NCBI GenBank assembly: GCA_963746845.1
Contig: CAVVCZ010000002.1
Location: forward strand, 128,001 to 192,000
Origin: an uncultured Chloroflexia bacterium
Lineage (GTDB): Bacteria > Chloroflexota > Limnocylindria > Limnocylindrales > CSP1-4
Reading direction: 5' to 3'
DNA length: 64,000 nucleotides
This document shows, in pieces, positions 52,397 to 64,000 of this stretch. Below the pieces are notes generated by a model. The model did no database searches. It was not told the DNA's origin and saw only the letters and a list, made by a program, of their open reading frames with translations. The position numbers were made by a program, and so were the translations under genes. Position 1 is the first letter of the stretch. Each line of letters begins with the position of its first letter.

Positions 52397-53992
52397 TCAG
52401 AGCACCGGCCGGCCCGCCACGGCGGACCAGGTCAGGACGACCCCGAGGCTCAGGACGGCGACCGAGGCGAGAAGCGGCGCCGCCGTCGCCAGACGGCCGA
52501 GCGCCGTGTGGCTGGGCATCCGGTCGAGGCGACCGCGGGCGACGATCATCGCGAGCCCGACGGCCGTCATCACCGCGGCCATGCCGAGGCCGAAGGCGAC
52601 GACGAGGACCAGGCCGAACGCCGGCCGGCCGGCCGCGATCGAGCCGAGCAGGATGATCAGGGCCGAGGTCGACGGGATCAGGCCGCCGGCGAGACCGAGG
52701 ACGAACAGACCGCGCCACGACAGGCGCGACGCGTCGGTCGGCAGGTGGCTGTGGCGGACGCTGCCGTGCTCGTGCTCGTGCGGGTCGGCTGCTGCCGCGG
52801 GATGGGCGTGATCGTGGGGGTGCGCGTAGTTGTGCGGCGCATCGATGCTCGCCCCGGCCCTCCGTCGCCGCACCTCGCTGAGCAGCATCCAGGACCCGAT
52901 CACGACGATCGACGCGGCGGCGATGACCGGCGTCGTCCGGACGACGACATCGGGAGGAAGCACGCCCTGCGCACCGATGATCACGATCGCGAGAGCGACG
53001 ATCCCGAGCGTGTGGGAGACCGCCACGGACAGCCCCAGCCCGACGGCATGGACGGCCGTCCCGCGCGATCCGACGAGATACGCCGCCATGAGGGTCTTGC
53101 CGTGGCCGGGGGTCAGCGCATGCCAGGCACCGAGCGCGGCGGCCGCGGCGAGCGACGCCAGCAGCACGAGCGGAGTGAGATCGGTCGACTGGAAGATCGT
53201 CGGCAGCTCGCTCGCGACGCCACCCGGGACGGCCCCGGCCGGGCCTTCGGCGGTGGGCGGCCGGCTGCCGAGCGGTGCCGCCGCCGCAGCCGGCGGGGCC
53301 GAGGGGCCGGCCGACGCGGCCGGATCCGGGCGGATCCCGATCGTCGCCGACCGGATATCCAGGGGCCGCGCGATCATGTCCGCCGGGTACGCGGTGAGCT
53401 TCCCGCTCGGGCTGGTCGGCGGGAGCCCGTGCGTGTCGAGCAGCACGCCGGAGCCCGTCGCGACGATCTCGCGCCACCCGATCCGCTCCGCGGATGAGCC
53501 GTCGCTGAACGTCAGGGTCGTCGGACCCGCGACCGCCGCCGCGAACGTGGCGCGATACCCGCACTCCAGGCGGAGGGTCGACAGGCCGCCGGCGCCGGGT
53601 GGGAACGCCACGCTGTGCGCGTCCGTGTCCGCCGTCACGGCCAGGTCCGTGCCGCCGAGGGCCAGGTGGAGATCCCGGGCCAGCGTCGTGCAGGCCCTCG
53701 CGGACCACGTCACGCCTTCGTCGTCGCTGACGGTGCCGTCCTCGTCGGTGTCCATCGCCTGGCGTTCCTGGAACGCGGGGATCTCGGCCATGTCGATGAC
53801 CACGTCGAGGGCGACCGCGTCGCGGGTGATCGCCAGGCCGGCGTAGTGATTGATCGTGAAGTTGCCGAGCGGATGCGCGCTGGCGGTCGCGGGCAGGGCG
53901 ATCCACGCCAGGACCGACCAGCCGCCGAGGACGGCAAGCGCAAGCCGGCGGGGGCTGCGCCGGCCGTTCGGACGGGTGGGGAGGGGGGCCAT
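52397..53992 (-). CDS. Nickel/cobalt transporter (RcnA/HoxN-like) with N-terminal exported domain
   Basis: Signal peptide then HPLGNFTINHY; HALTPGHGKTLMAAYL; His-rich loop; GGLIP. Confidence 0.88.
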   Translation of the reverse strand: MAPLPTRPNGRRSPRRLALAVLGGWSVLAWIALPATASAHPLGNFTINHYAGLAITRDAVALDVVIDMAEIPAFQERQAMDTDEDGTVSDDEGVTWSARACTTLARDLHLALGGTDLAVTADTDAHSVAFPPGAGGLSTLRLECGYRATFAAAVAGPTTLTFSDGSSAERIGWREIVATGSGVLLDTHGLPPTSPSGKLTAYPADMIARPLDIRSATIGIRPDPAASAGPSAPPAAAAAPLGSRPPTAEGPAGAVPGGVASELPTIFQSTDLTPLVLLASLAAAAALGAWHALTPGHGKTLMAAYLVGSRGTAVHAVGLGLSVAVSHTLGIVALAIVIIGAQGVLPPDVVVRTTPVIAAASIVVIGSWMLLSEVRRRRAGASIDAPHNYAHPHDHAHPAAAADPHEHEHGSVRHSHLPTDASRLSWRGLFVLGLAGGLIPSTSALIILLGSIAAGRPAFGLVLVVAFGLGMAAVMTAVGLAMIVARGRLDRMPSHTALGRLATAAPLLASVAVLSLGVVLTWSAVAGRPVL

Positions 53993-54003
53993 GACGACGA
54001 GGG

Positions 54004-54029
54004 TACGACGACCCGGCCCGGGCGGATGA
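54004..54029 (-). promoter_or_regulatory. Putative SigK-type ECF promoter of the Ni/Co transporter
   Basis: TCATCC-N15-TCGTA ending 11 nt upstream of ATG 53992. Confidence 0.5.
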
Positions 54030-54079
54030 CGAGCCTCGCGAATGGCGCGATTCGCGGGGTCGCACCGTACACTCCCGCC

Positions 54080-54775
54080 GTGACTCGCCCAATCACGACG
54101 GCCGGACGCGGCCACTTCATCACGTTCGAAGGGCCGGAGGGGTCGGGCAAGACGACCCAGGCGGCGCGTCTGGCCGCCACCATCCGCGAGCGCGGCGTCC
54201 CGGTCCTCTCGACCCGCGAGCCGGGTGGCACGGTCCTCGGGGAGCGGATCCGCGAGATCCTCCTCGCCCAGAGCGACATCCCCGTCGACCCGCTCGCCGA
54301 CGCGCTCCTCTTCAACGCCGCTCGCCGGCAGCTCGTCACCGAGGTGATCGAGCCGGCCCTCGTCCTCGGCGTCACGGTCGTGTGCGCCCGGTTCGCCGAC
54401 TCGACACGTGCCTACCAGGGCCACGGCGAGGGGCTGCCGCTCGCCGAGCTCGACCGTCTCGAGGCGATCGCCACCGGCGGCCTCCGCCCGGACCGGACCA
54501 TCCTGCTCGACCTCCCGGTCGAGATCGGGCTCGCGCGCAAGGCCCCCGTCGACCAGACGCGGTTCGAGACCGGGTTCGATCTCGCGTTCCACCAGCGGGT
54601 CCGGAGCGGCTTCATGAAGATGGCCGCCGCCGATCCCGCGCGGTTCGTCGTGATCGACGCGGGCGCCGACGCCGATGATGTCGCCCGTCGGGTGGTGCGC
54701 GCGGTCGACTCGCTGTTCGCGACGGACGCGGAGGGCGATGAACCGAAACAGCCGGACGTGCGCATCCCTCGATGA
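54080..54775 (+). CDS. tmk: Thymidylate kinase
   Basis: FITFEGPEGSGKTTQ, TREPGG, LLFNAARRQ, RF.DST.AYQG. Confidence 0.95.
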   Translation: MTRPITTAGRGHFITFEGPEGSGKTTQAARLAATIRERGVPVLSTREPGGTVLGERIREILLAQSDIPVDPLADALLFNAARRQLVTEVIEPALVLGVTVVCARFADSTRAYQGHGEGLPLAELDRLEAIATGGLRPDRTILLDLPVEIGLARKAPVDQTRFETGFDLAFHQRVRSGFMKMAAADPARFVVIDAGADADDVARRVVRAVDSLFATDAEGDEPKQPDVRIPR

Positions 54776-55413
54776 GCGAGAGCCAGACCGGCACGCGTGG
54801 ACGCTCGGCCTCGTCGACGGACGATGCCGACCGGGCCGTCCTCGCGCTCGTCACCGCCGGACAGCTCGATGCCCTCCAGGAGCTCTACGACCGCTACCGC
54901 GTCATGGCCTATTCGATCGCCTACCGCATCACGAGCGACGCCTCGCTTGCCGAGGACGTCGTCCAGGACGCCTTCCTCGGCGTCTGGCGCAACGCGGGCC
55001 GGTACGTGGAAGGCAAGGGGAGCGTGAAGACCTGGCTGCTCTCGATCGTCCATCACCGCGCGGTCGACGCCGTGCGTCGCCGCCGCCCGACGACCGAGCT
55101 CCCCGAGCGCGAGGACGTGCCGCCGCCGCAGCTGGCGCTGCCGGACGTCTGGGGAGACGTCGCCGCGAACCTCGACCGCGCCGAGATCGTGACGGCCATG
55201 GCAACGCTGACGGACGTCCAGCGCGAAGCGATCGAGCTCGCGTACTGGGGCGGGCTCACCCAGCAGGAGATCGCGGAACGGACCGGCGCGCCGCTCGGCA
55301 CCGTGAAGAGCCGGGTCCGGCTGGGCCTCCTTGCCCTGCGCCGCGCGCTCACCGGTGACGAAGATATCGCCGAGGGGTTGGCGGGCGGTCTCGTCGGGGA
55401 CGGCGAGCCATGA
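54772..55413 (+). CDS. ECF sigma factor (SigK-like)
   Basis: AEDVVQDAF, WLLSIVHHRAVD, LAYWGGLTQ.EIA...PLGTVKSR. Confidence 0.93.
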   Translation: MSESQTGTRGRSASSTDDADRAVLALVTAGQLDALQELYDRYRVMAYSIAYRITSDASLAEDVVQDAFLGVWRNAGRYVEGKGSVKTWLLSIVHHRAVDAVRRRRPTTELPEREDVPPPQLALPDVWGDVAANLDRAEIVTAMATLTDVQREAIELAYWGGLTQQEIAERTGAPLGTVKSRVRLGLLALRRALTGDEDIAEGLAGGLVGDGEP

Positions 55414-56234
55414 CCGAGCCGCGGATGACCCACGACGAGGCACTCGACCTGGCGGCGGGCCATGTCCTCGGGGCGCTCGAGCCCGCTGAGGACGCCGCCG
55501 TCCGCGAGCACCTCGCGACCTGCGACCGGCCGCATCCGGAGTTCGAGGAGCTGGGCGGGGTCGTGCCGGCACTGCTGGAGCTCGACGACACCCAGCTCAT
55601 CGAGCCCCCGGCGGCGCTCGGCGATCGGATCATGGCCGCCGCGGCGGCGGATCTCGCGGGGCGGACGGCAGGTGCGGCCGCCGCGGCGCCGATCCCGTTC
55701 CCGACCGCCGAGGAGCGAACGGTGCGCACCGAGCGGACACACACAAACACGCTCGACTGGGCCCTGCGGATCGCCGCCGTCGTCGCGATCGTCGCGCTCG
55801 GCGCCTGGGGGTTGAACCTCCAGCGTCAGCTCGATGCGGCGAACGCCTTCGACGCGGCCGTCGCGAATGTCGTCCACGCCGCGAGCCAGCCGGGTGCCAA
55901 GGTCGCCGTCCTTGCCCCGCAGGACGGGCAGCAGGGAAGCGGCCTCGCCGCGGTCCAGGCGGACGGGGCGATCGTCCTGGCGATGCATGACCTGCCGGCA
56001 AACGCCGGCACGCAGGTCTACACCGCGTGGGTGATCGTCGACGAGACGCCGACGTCGGTCGGCGACTTCTCGGTGGGCTCGACGGGTGTCCAGGCCTTCA
56101 CGACGCGTCCCGCTCCAACACCGGAGGGTGCGACGATCGCGATCACCCGCGAGCCGAACCCGGGCAACACCGCGCCGCAGGGACCCGCGGTGATCGCCGG
56201 CGTCGCGACGACGCCGGGCGGAGCGACGAGCTAG
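55410..56234 (+). CDS. RskA-like anti-sigma factor
   Basis: LAAGHVLGAL, HLATC, TM, LP...Y.AW, IAIT.EP..P.GP. Confidence 0.88.
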   Translation: MTEPRMTHDEALDLAAGHVLGALEPAEDAAVREHLATCDRPHPEFEELGGVVPALLELDDTQLIEPPAALGDRIMAAAAADLAGRTAGAAAAAPIPFPTAEERTVRTERTHTNTLDWALRIAAVVAIVALGAWGLNLQRQLDAANAFDAAVANVVHAASQPGAKVAVLAPQDGQQGSGLAAVQADGAIVLAMHDLPANAGTQVYTAWVIVDETPTSVGDFSVGSTGVQAFTTRPAPTPEGATIAITREPNPGNTAPQGPAVIAGVATTPGGATS

Positions 56235-56248
56235 AGCAGAGGGACGAG

Positions 56249-57235
56249 CTAGCGGCCGCCCTCGGTCGTCTGGACGCGGCCGCGGCCTTCCGTCCGGGCA
56301 CGATCGAGCGCCGCGCGCGCCGCGGCGATCACGCCCTCGGCGTCCGTGCCGTCCGACGGGAAGCGGGCGACGCCCGCCGTCACCGAGATCGTCCGTCCGG
56401 CGACCGGCGCCAGCTGCCCGATCCCGTCGAGGATCCGGTGGGCGACCATCGCCCCGGCCGAGCCCGGGGCGACGAGCAGGAATTCGTCCGGCCCGTAGCG
56501 GGCCACGGTGTCGACGAGCCGGACGGAGCCCGCGACGACGGCCGCGACGGATCGGAGCACGTCATCGCCCGCGTCCCGGCCGGCGGCCGCGTTGGTCGCC
56601 CCGAAATCGTCGACGTCGAAGATCGCGACGGAGACCTCGCCACCCTGGCGGCCGGCCCGCGTCAGCTCCAGCTCGAGCACCCGCGAGATCGTCCGGAGGT
56701 TGGCGAGCCCCGTCAGGGGGTCCGTATGGGCCAGGCGCTCGAACCACTCGCTCCGCTCGGCCGCCGTGGCGGCGAGCCGCGACCGGTCGACCGTCAGGAC
56801 CGCGACGTCCGCCACGAGGCCCAGGATGGCCGGATCGGCCGCGTCGGCCTCGGCCGAGGTCCCGAACGTCACGGCGATCGCCCCGAGCGCCTCCTCGATC
56901 CCGCCCCGGCCGGCGATCAGCGGCAGCGCGATCGTGGCGCCCGATCGGGCCTCGGCGCGGTCGCGGCCGGCCACGGTCAACGGGTGGCCCGGATCCGCGA
57001 CGGCGGCGACGGCCGCCGCCTGGGCGGCTCCGTCCAGCCCGATCGTCAGCGTCAGCTCGGGATCCGGTCGGTCCGGGTCCTGCAGGCTGACCATCGCGCT
57101 CGACGCGCCGAGGGCCGCGACCGCGGCCGCCAGCAGCGACCCGAGCCCCTCGTCCAGGTCCGCGCCGTGGACGGCGGCGGCCACGCCGGCCGCGAGCGTC
57201 TCGAGCGTGGCGGGTCGATCGGACGGGTCTGGCAC
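56249..57235 (-). CDS. GAF-like + GGDEF domain protein with degenerate GPDEF motif
   Basis: TDPLTGLAN, DVDDF...N...G...GD, RYGPDEF. Confidence 0.85.
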   Translation of the reverse strand: MPDPSDRPATLETLAAGVAAAVHGADLDEGLGSLLAAAVAALGASSAMVSLQDPDRPDPELTLTIGLDGAAQAAAVAAVADPGHPLTVAGRDRAEARSGATIALPLIAGRGGIEEALGAIAVTFGTSAEADAADPAILGLVADVAVLTVDRSRLAATAAERSEWFERLAHTDPLTGLANLRTISRVLELELTRAGRQGGEVSVAIFDVDDFGATNAAAGRDAGDDVLRSVAAVVAGSVRLVDTVARYGPDEFLLVAPGSAGAMVAHRILDGIGQLAPVAGRTISVTAGVARFPSDGTDAEGVIAAARAALDRARTEGRGRVQTTEGGR

Positions 57236-57410
57236 GGACGGATCTCCTGGGCGGCACGAGCGGGGACGCTGGGGCCGGGAAACGCGCTCGGCGGCCGCAT
57301 CGTACACCGGCCCGCCGCGCTTCCGGCCGGTCGTGCGCACGCGATGCATCGCGGCGCGGCCGACCGTCGATCCCGTGCCCGAGGCGACGAGAGGGCGCTA
57401 TCCTCGGCGC

Positions 57411-57740
57411 GTGAAGCTCGTCGTCGCGATCGTCCACCACGAGGACGCGGGCGCCCTCGTCGACGCTCTGCTCGACCACGAGTATCGCGCGACGCGACTC
57501 GCCAGCTCGGGCGGGTTCCTCAAGCAGTCGAACGCGACCGTGATCCTCGGGGTCGACGACGACCACGTCGACGCGGTCCTCGACATCGTCCGCGAGACGT
57601 GCACGGCCCGGACCCAGGTCGTCAACCCGATGCCGCCGATCATGGAGCCCGGCGAGTTCTTCATGCCCTACCCGCTCGAGGTCGAGGTCGGCGGCGCGAC
57701 GGTCTTCGTCCTGCCGGTCGAGCGGTTCGAGCGGATCTGA
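57411..57740 (+). CDS. darA: Cyclic-di-AMP receptor (PII-like DarA/PstA)
   Basis: KLVVAIVH.ED, TRLASSGGFLK..N.T, VEVGGATVFVLPVE. Confidence 0.93.
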   Translation: MKLVVAIVHHEDAGALVDALLDHEYRATRLASSGGFLKQSNATVILGVDDDHVDAVLDIVRETCTARTQVVNPMPPIMEPGEFFMPYPLEVEVGGATVFVLPVERFERI

Positions 57741-57771
57741 GGCCGCCGTGAGCCGCGGGGCCTGACCAACC

Positions 57772-58185
57772 GTGGACTGGCAACCGCCCCGCGTCGGTGC
57801 GCGGGCGACCTGGGAGCGGACGATCACCGCCGACGACGTCGAGGCGTTCGCCCGCATCAGCGGGGACCGGAACCCGCTCCACTTCGACCCGGCCTTCGCG
57901 AATGCGACGCGGGCCGGCGGGCTGATCGTCCACGGCGGGCTGACGACCGCGCTGTTCAATGCGCTCGTCGCGCAGGTCCTGCCCGGCCCCGGCTCGGTGT
58001 TCCTCCACCAGGAGTGGGACTACCCCGCGTCGGTCCCCATCGGGGACACCGTGACCGCGGAGGCCGAGGTCGTCGAAGCCCGGTCCGACAAGCCGATCAC
58101 GCGCCTCCGGTGCGTGGCGCGCCGGAGCGACGGCACCGAGGTCCTGCGCGGGGAGTGCGTGGTCTACACGATGCGACCCGGGTGA
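57772..58185 (+). CDS. MaoC-family dehydratase
   Basis: FARISGDRNPLH, IVHG, LPGPG. Confidence 0.92.
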   Translation: MDWQPPRVGARATWERTITADDVEAFARISGDRNPLHFDPAFANATRAGGLIVHGGLTTALFNALVAQVLPGPGSVFLHQEWDYPASVPIGDTVTAEAEVVEARSDKPITRLRCVARRSDGTEVLRGECVVYTMRPG

Positions 58186-59411
58186 GCGACGACCCGCCCG
58201 GCAGCGGGCGTCAGCTCGTCGTCCTCGGCACGGCGGTCCTCCTCGCCTTCGCCCCGTGGTTCAGCGCCTCGGCCGTCGCGCCCCTGCTCGCCGCCGACTG
58301 GCGGACCACCGGTCTCGACCTGCCGATCCTCACGGTCGCCGTCCAGCTCGGCTTCGCGGCCGCGGCCATCCTCCTCGCGCTGACGGGCGCCGCCGACGCG
58401 CTGCCCGGTCGGTGGCTGATCGTCGCCGGCGCGTTGGTGACCGCGGCCGCGAACCTCGGCTTCGCCGCGTTCGCGACGGGACCCGCGTCCGCGACCCCGT
58501 GGCGGCTGCTGACGGGTGCCGGTCTGGCGGCTGTCTACCCGGTGGCGCTGAAGATGCTGGCCGGCTGGTTCGTCCACCGACGCGGGCTCGCGATCGGGGT
58601 CCTGATCGGCGCGCTGACGATCGGCTCCGCCCTGCCGCACCTCATTCGGGCGGTTGGGGCCACGACGGGCGCCGCCTGGCAGCCGACGGTGGTGGCGGCG
58701 AGCCTCCTGGCGCTGGTCGCCGCCGGGATCGCGCTGGTCGCGGTTCGTCCAGGCCCGTTCGAGGTCCCCTCGTCCCGGTTCAGCCCGGCCGCCGCCGCGC
58801 GCGCGTTCCGCGAGCCGTCGGTGCGGCTGGCGAACCTCGGCTACCTCGGACACATGTGGGAGCTCTACGCGATGTGGACGTGGGTGCCCGCGTTCCTCGC
58901 GGCGTCGTTCATCGCGGCCGGCGCGACCGACCCGACGACCGCCTCGGCCTCCGCGTTCATCGTCGTCGCGAGCGGGGGCGTCGGCTGCGTCGTCGCGGGC
59001 GCGCTCGCCGACCAGTACGGCCGGACCGCGCTGACGATCGGTGCGATGGCCGTCAGCGGCGGGACGGCGATCGTCATCGGGTTCCTCTTCGGCGCGGCGC
59101 CGGCGGTCATCACGATCGTGGCCGTGGTCTGGGGGCTGACGGTGATCGCGGACTCCGCGCAGTTCTCGGCCGCCGTGACCGAGCTGGCCCCGTCCGGTAC
59201 CGCGGGATCCGCCCTGTCGCTCCAGCTCGCCGCCGGGTTCGTCCTCACCGGGGTGACGATCCTCGGGGTCGGCCTGCTCGACCCGGTCGACGGCGGCGGG
59301 TGGCGGGTCGCCTGGTTCGTCCTCGCGCTCGGGCCCGCCGTCGGCATCGCCGCGATGTGGCGGCTCCGCGGCCGGCCGGAGGCCGCCCGGATGGCGAACG
59401 GCCGCCGCTGA
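58182..59411 (+). CDS. MFS transporter
   Basis: WFSASAV, VYPVALK, GYLGHMWELYAMW, DSAQFSA. Confidence 0.9.
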   Translation: MSDDPPGSGRQLVVLGTAVLLAFAPWFSASAVAPLLAADWRTTGLDLPILTVAVQLGFAAAAILLALTGAADALPGRWLIVAGALVTAAANLGFAAFATGPASATPWRLLTGAGLAAVYPVALKMLAGWFVHRRGLAIGVLIGALTIGSALPHLIRAVGATTGAAWQPTVVAASLLALVAAGIALVAVRPGPFEVPSSRFSPAAAARAFREPSVRLANLGYLGHMWELYAMWTWVPAFLAASFIAAGATDPTTASASAFIVVASGGVGCVVAGALADQYGRTALTIGAMAVSGGTAIVIGFLFGAAPAVITIVAVVWGLTVIADSAQFSAAVTELAPSGTAGSALSLQLAAGFVLTGVTILGVGLLDPVDGGGWRVAWFVLALGPAVGIAAMWRLRGRPEAARMANGRR

Positions 59412-59443
59412 CGGCCCGCGAGGTCCTGAAGGACGGCCGGCGG

Positions 59444-59545
59444 GAAATAACGGTGCGCAAGCCGACGCCCTAGTGACATCTCTCGATGTGCCGGAACCGG
59501 GCCGGGCGGCATTGTCGTAGCCATCACCGGCAATCCCGTTGGTGA
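59444..59545 (+). promoter_or_regulatory. Conserved leader/promoter copy 1 (GAAATAACGG.GCG / CTCTCGATG.GC / CATCACC hairpin)
   Basis: Same three boxes, spacing within 1 nt, at 62907-63006. Confidence 0.7.
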
Positions 59546-59565
59546 CGGCGAAAGGCACGATAGCG

Positions 59566-59751
59566 ATGCACCAGTACACGACCACCCTGCTCGTCCATCC
59601 GGCGATCGACGAGCTCCACCGCGAAGCGGACAGCCGGCGCCTGGCCGCCCTCGGTCGTCCGGCCCGGCCGGGCGTCCGCGTCTCGATCCTCGGGCGCCTC
59701 GACGCGATGCTCCGGTTCGCGCATCCGCGTCCGCACTCGGCGCGGGGCTGA
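59566..59751 (+). CDS. Small protein A (61 aa), homolog of 63025-63219
   Basis: AAAGG upstream; MHQYTTTLLVHPAIDELHREADSRRL; gap-free alignment with small protein B. Confidence 0.7.
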   Translation: MHQYTTTLLVHPAIDELHREADSRRLAALGRPARPGVRVSILGRLDAMLRFAHPRPHSARG

Positions 59752-59797
59752 CATCCGTCCATTGAGGACGCTGATCGACGCCCACGATGATCGGGGG

Positions 59798-62887
<3,090 letters not shown>

Positions 62888-62906
62888 CCTAACGGTCCGT
62901 CCGCGA

Positions 62907-63006
62907 GAAATAACGGAGCGGCGCGCCCGGAATACCGGCGCCTCTCGATGCGCATGGGGCGCGCTCGGCCGCACGGTCGGCTCATCACCCGACGACCCTG
63001 TCGGTG
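62907..63006 (+). promoter_or_regulatory. Conserved leader/promoter copy 2
   Basis: GAAATAACGGaGCG at 62907, CTCTCGATGcGC at 62942, CATCACC at 62983 with hairpin to GGTG 63003-63006. Confidence 0.7.
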
Positions 63007-63024
63007 GAGCCGGAGACCATCGAG

Positions 63025-63219
63025 ATGAACCCGCTGATGACGATCGACCTGGGGGCGCTGCATCGCCAGGACCTGCTGGCCGAGGGCGCCTGCTCCCATC
63101 TGATCCCGTCCACCGAGCGGTCCGCGGAGTCGACCCCGCGACGCCTGCTTGCCGTCCTGCGCCGGATCCCGGGCGCGCCGAGCGTCCACGTCCCGCGGAT
63201 CCGCCCGGTCCGGAGCTGA
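63025..63219 (+). CDS. Small protein B (64 aa), homolog of 59566-59751
   Basis: GGAG upstream; MNPLMTIDLGALHRQDLLAEGACSHL. Confidence 0.7.
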   Translation: MNPLMTIDLGALHRQDLLAEGACSHLIPSTERSAESTPRRLLAVLRRIPGAPSVHVPRIRPVRS

Positions 63220-63280
63220 TCGGATGCCCCATGTTCCGGAGGCCCCCATGTCAGCCCGGCCCGCGGGCGCCGGCCCGTAG

Positions 63281-63413
63281 AGCGAGAGATGGCCCACGGA
63301 GAACACCGCCGGGGGTCCACGTCCGGAACATCATCGGCAAGCTGGGGGCGAGTGGCCCGATCGAGGCCGCCGCGATCGCCCACCGGGCCGGGCTCGTGTC
63401 GCTCACCGTCGAA
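63281..63413 (+). pseudogene. Remnant of a LuxR C-terminal HTH paralogous to the LAL regulator
   Basis: ENTAG-(+1)-VHVRNIIGKLGASGPIEAAAIAHRAGLV versus ENTAGVHVSNILGKLGVAGRTEAAAVAVRLGLV; no upstream domains. Confidence 0.7.
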
Positions 63414-63478
63414 CCTGACGCGGCACCCGGCGGGCGGCCTCGGATAGAATCGCCGCCATCGCCGCCAGGAGGCCGTTC

Positions 63479-64000
63479 GTGCTCGACCAGACCGCCAGCC
63501 CGTCCGCCAGCCGGCGGATCTTCCGCTCGAAGGTCGATGACCTGCGCCCCACGTACGGGTTCGAGGACGTCTCCCTGGCCCCTGGCACGGACACCATCGA
63601 GCCGGCCGACGTCGAGCTCGACGGGGTGTTCTGCGGCGTCGAGCTCGCCATCCCGATCCTCGCCGCGGCGATGGATGCCGTTGTGGACCCGGCGCTGGCC
63701 GGTCGTCTGGCGGGCCTCGGCGGGCTGGCGTTCCTCAACCTCGAGGGTGTCCAGACCCGCTACGACGACCCGACCGCGATCCTCGCCCGGATCGCGGCGG
63801 CGCCCGACGACGAGGTCCACGACGTCCTCGCCGCGGCGTACGCCGAGCCCATCCGCGAGGAGCTCATCGCCCGACGGATCGCCGAGATCCACGACGCGGG
63901 CTCGAAGGCCGCGGTCGCCGCGACCCCCGGCGCCGCGCGCCGGTTCGGGCCGTTCAGTGCCGAGCACGGCGCGGACCTGTTCCTCGTCCAGAGCCAGGTC
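63479..64000 (+). CDS. guaB3: GuaB3-family IMP dehydrogenase-related protein (3' truncated by window)
   Basis: Translated by hand: YGFEDVSLAPG...IPILAAAMDAVVDP...LGGLAFLNLEGVQTRYDDP...EPIREELI; AGGAGG RBS. Confidence 0.88.
   Translation, partial: MLDQTASPSASRRIFRSKVDDLRPTYGFEDVSLAPGTDTIEPADVELDGVFCGVELAIPILAAAMDAVVDPALAGRLAGLGGLAFLNLEGVQTRYDDPTAILARIAAAPDDEVHDVLAAAYAEPIREELIARRIAEIHDAGSKAAVAATPGAARRFGPFSAEHGADLFLVQSQV

Overview
Very GC-rich bacterial chromosomal window. Gene content and protein style suggest a monoderm Chloroflexota-like organism, which is inference only. It is densely coding, with no rRNA, tRNA, CRISPR or transposase seen. Several otherwise intact genes carry 1-nt frameshifts, probably long-read indel errors. 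Layout: (1) 0-10 kb has an OmpR/histidine-kinase pair and two paralogous, convergent TadE-TadE-TadG-like minor-pilin/adhesin cassettes; their promoters and that of an off-window gene share a TGCAA(G/T)G direct repeat with a 12-bp period. (2) 10-17 kb has glucosylglycerate genes (Ggs-like, USP-USP-GpgS fusion, glycerate kinase), nth and a ligase-like protein lacking its catalytic Lys. (3) 17-32 kb has galE, sugar genes, a CCA-type enzyme, HNH and a leucine/methylcrotonyl-CoA degradation operon whose biotin carboxylase carries an N-terminal excisionase-type HTH. (4) 32-43 kb has regulators, pdxST and a SpoIIIAA/R3H ATPase. (5) 44-49 kb has an ECF sigma/anti-sigma/lipoprotein module; anti-sigma and lipoprotein share a PQQ+NHL propeller with vicinal Cys, and the lipoprotein and sigma genes share a promoter. 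(6) 49-59 kb has tldD/E, a Ni/Co transporter, tmk-sigK-rskA, a degenerate GGDEF and darA. (7) 59-64 kb has a large AAA-LuxR regulator flanked by two homologous ~60-aa small ORFs, each preceded by the same conserved multi-box leader, then a LuxR-HTH remnant and guaB3. The best candidates for undescribed systems are the LuxR/small-protein module, the dual Tad cassettes with a shared regulon, and the PQQ/NHL ECF module.
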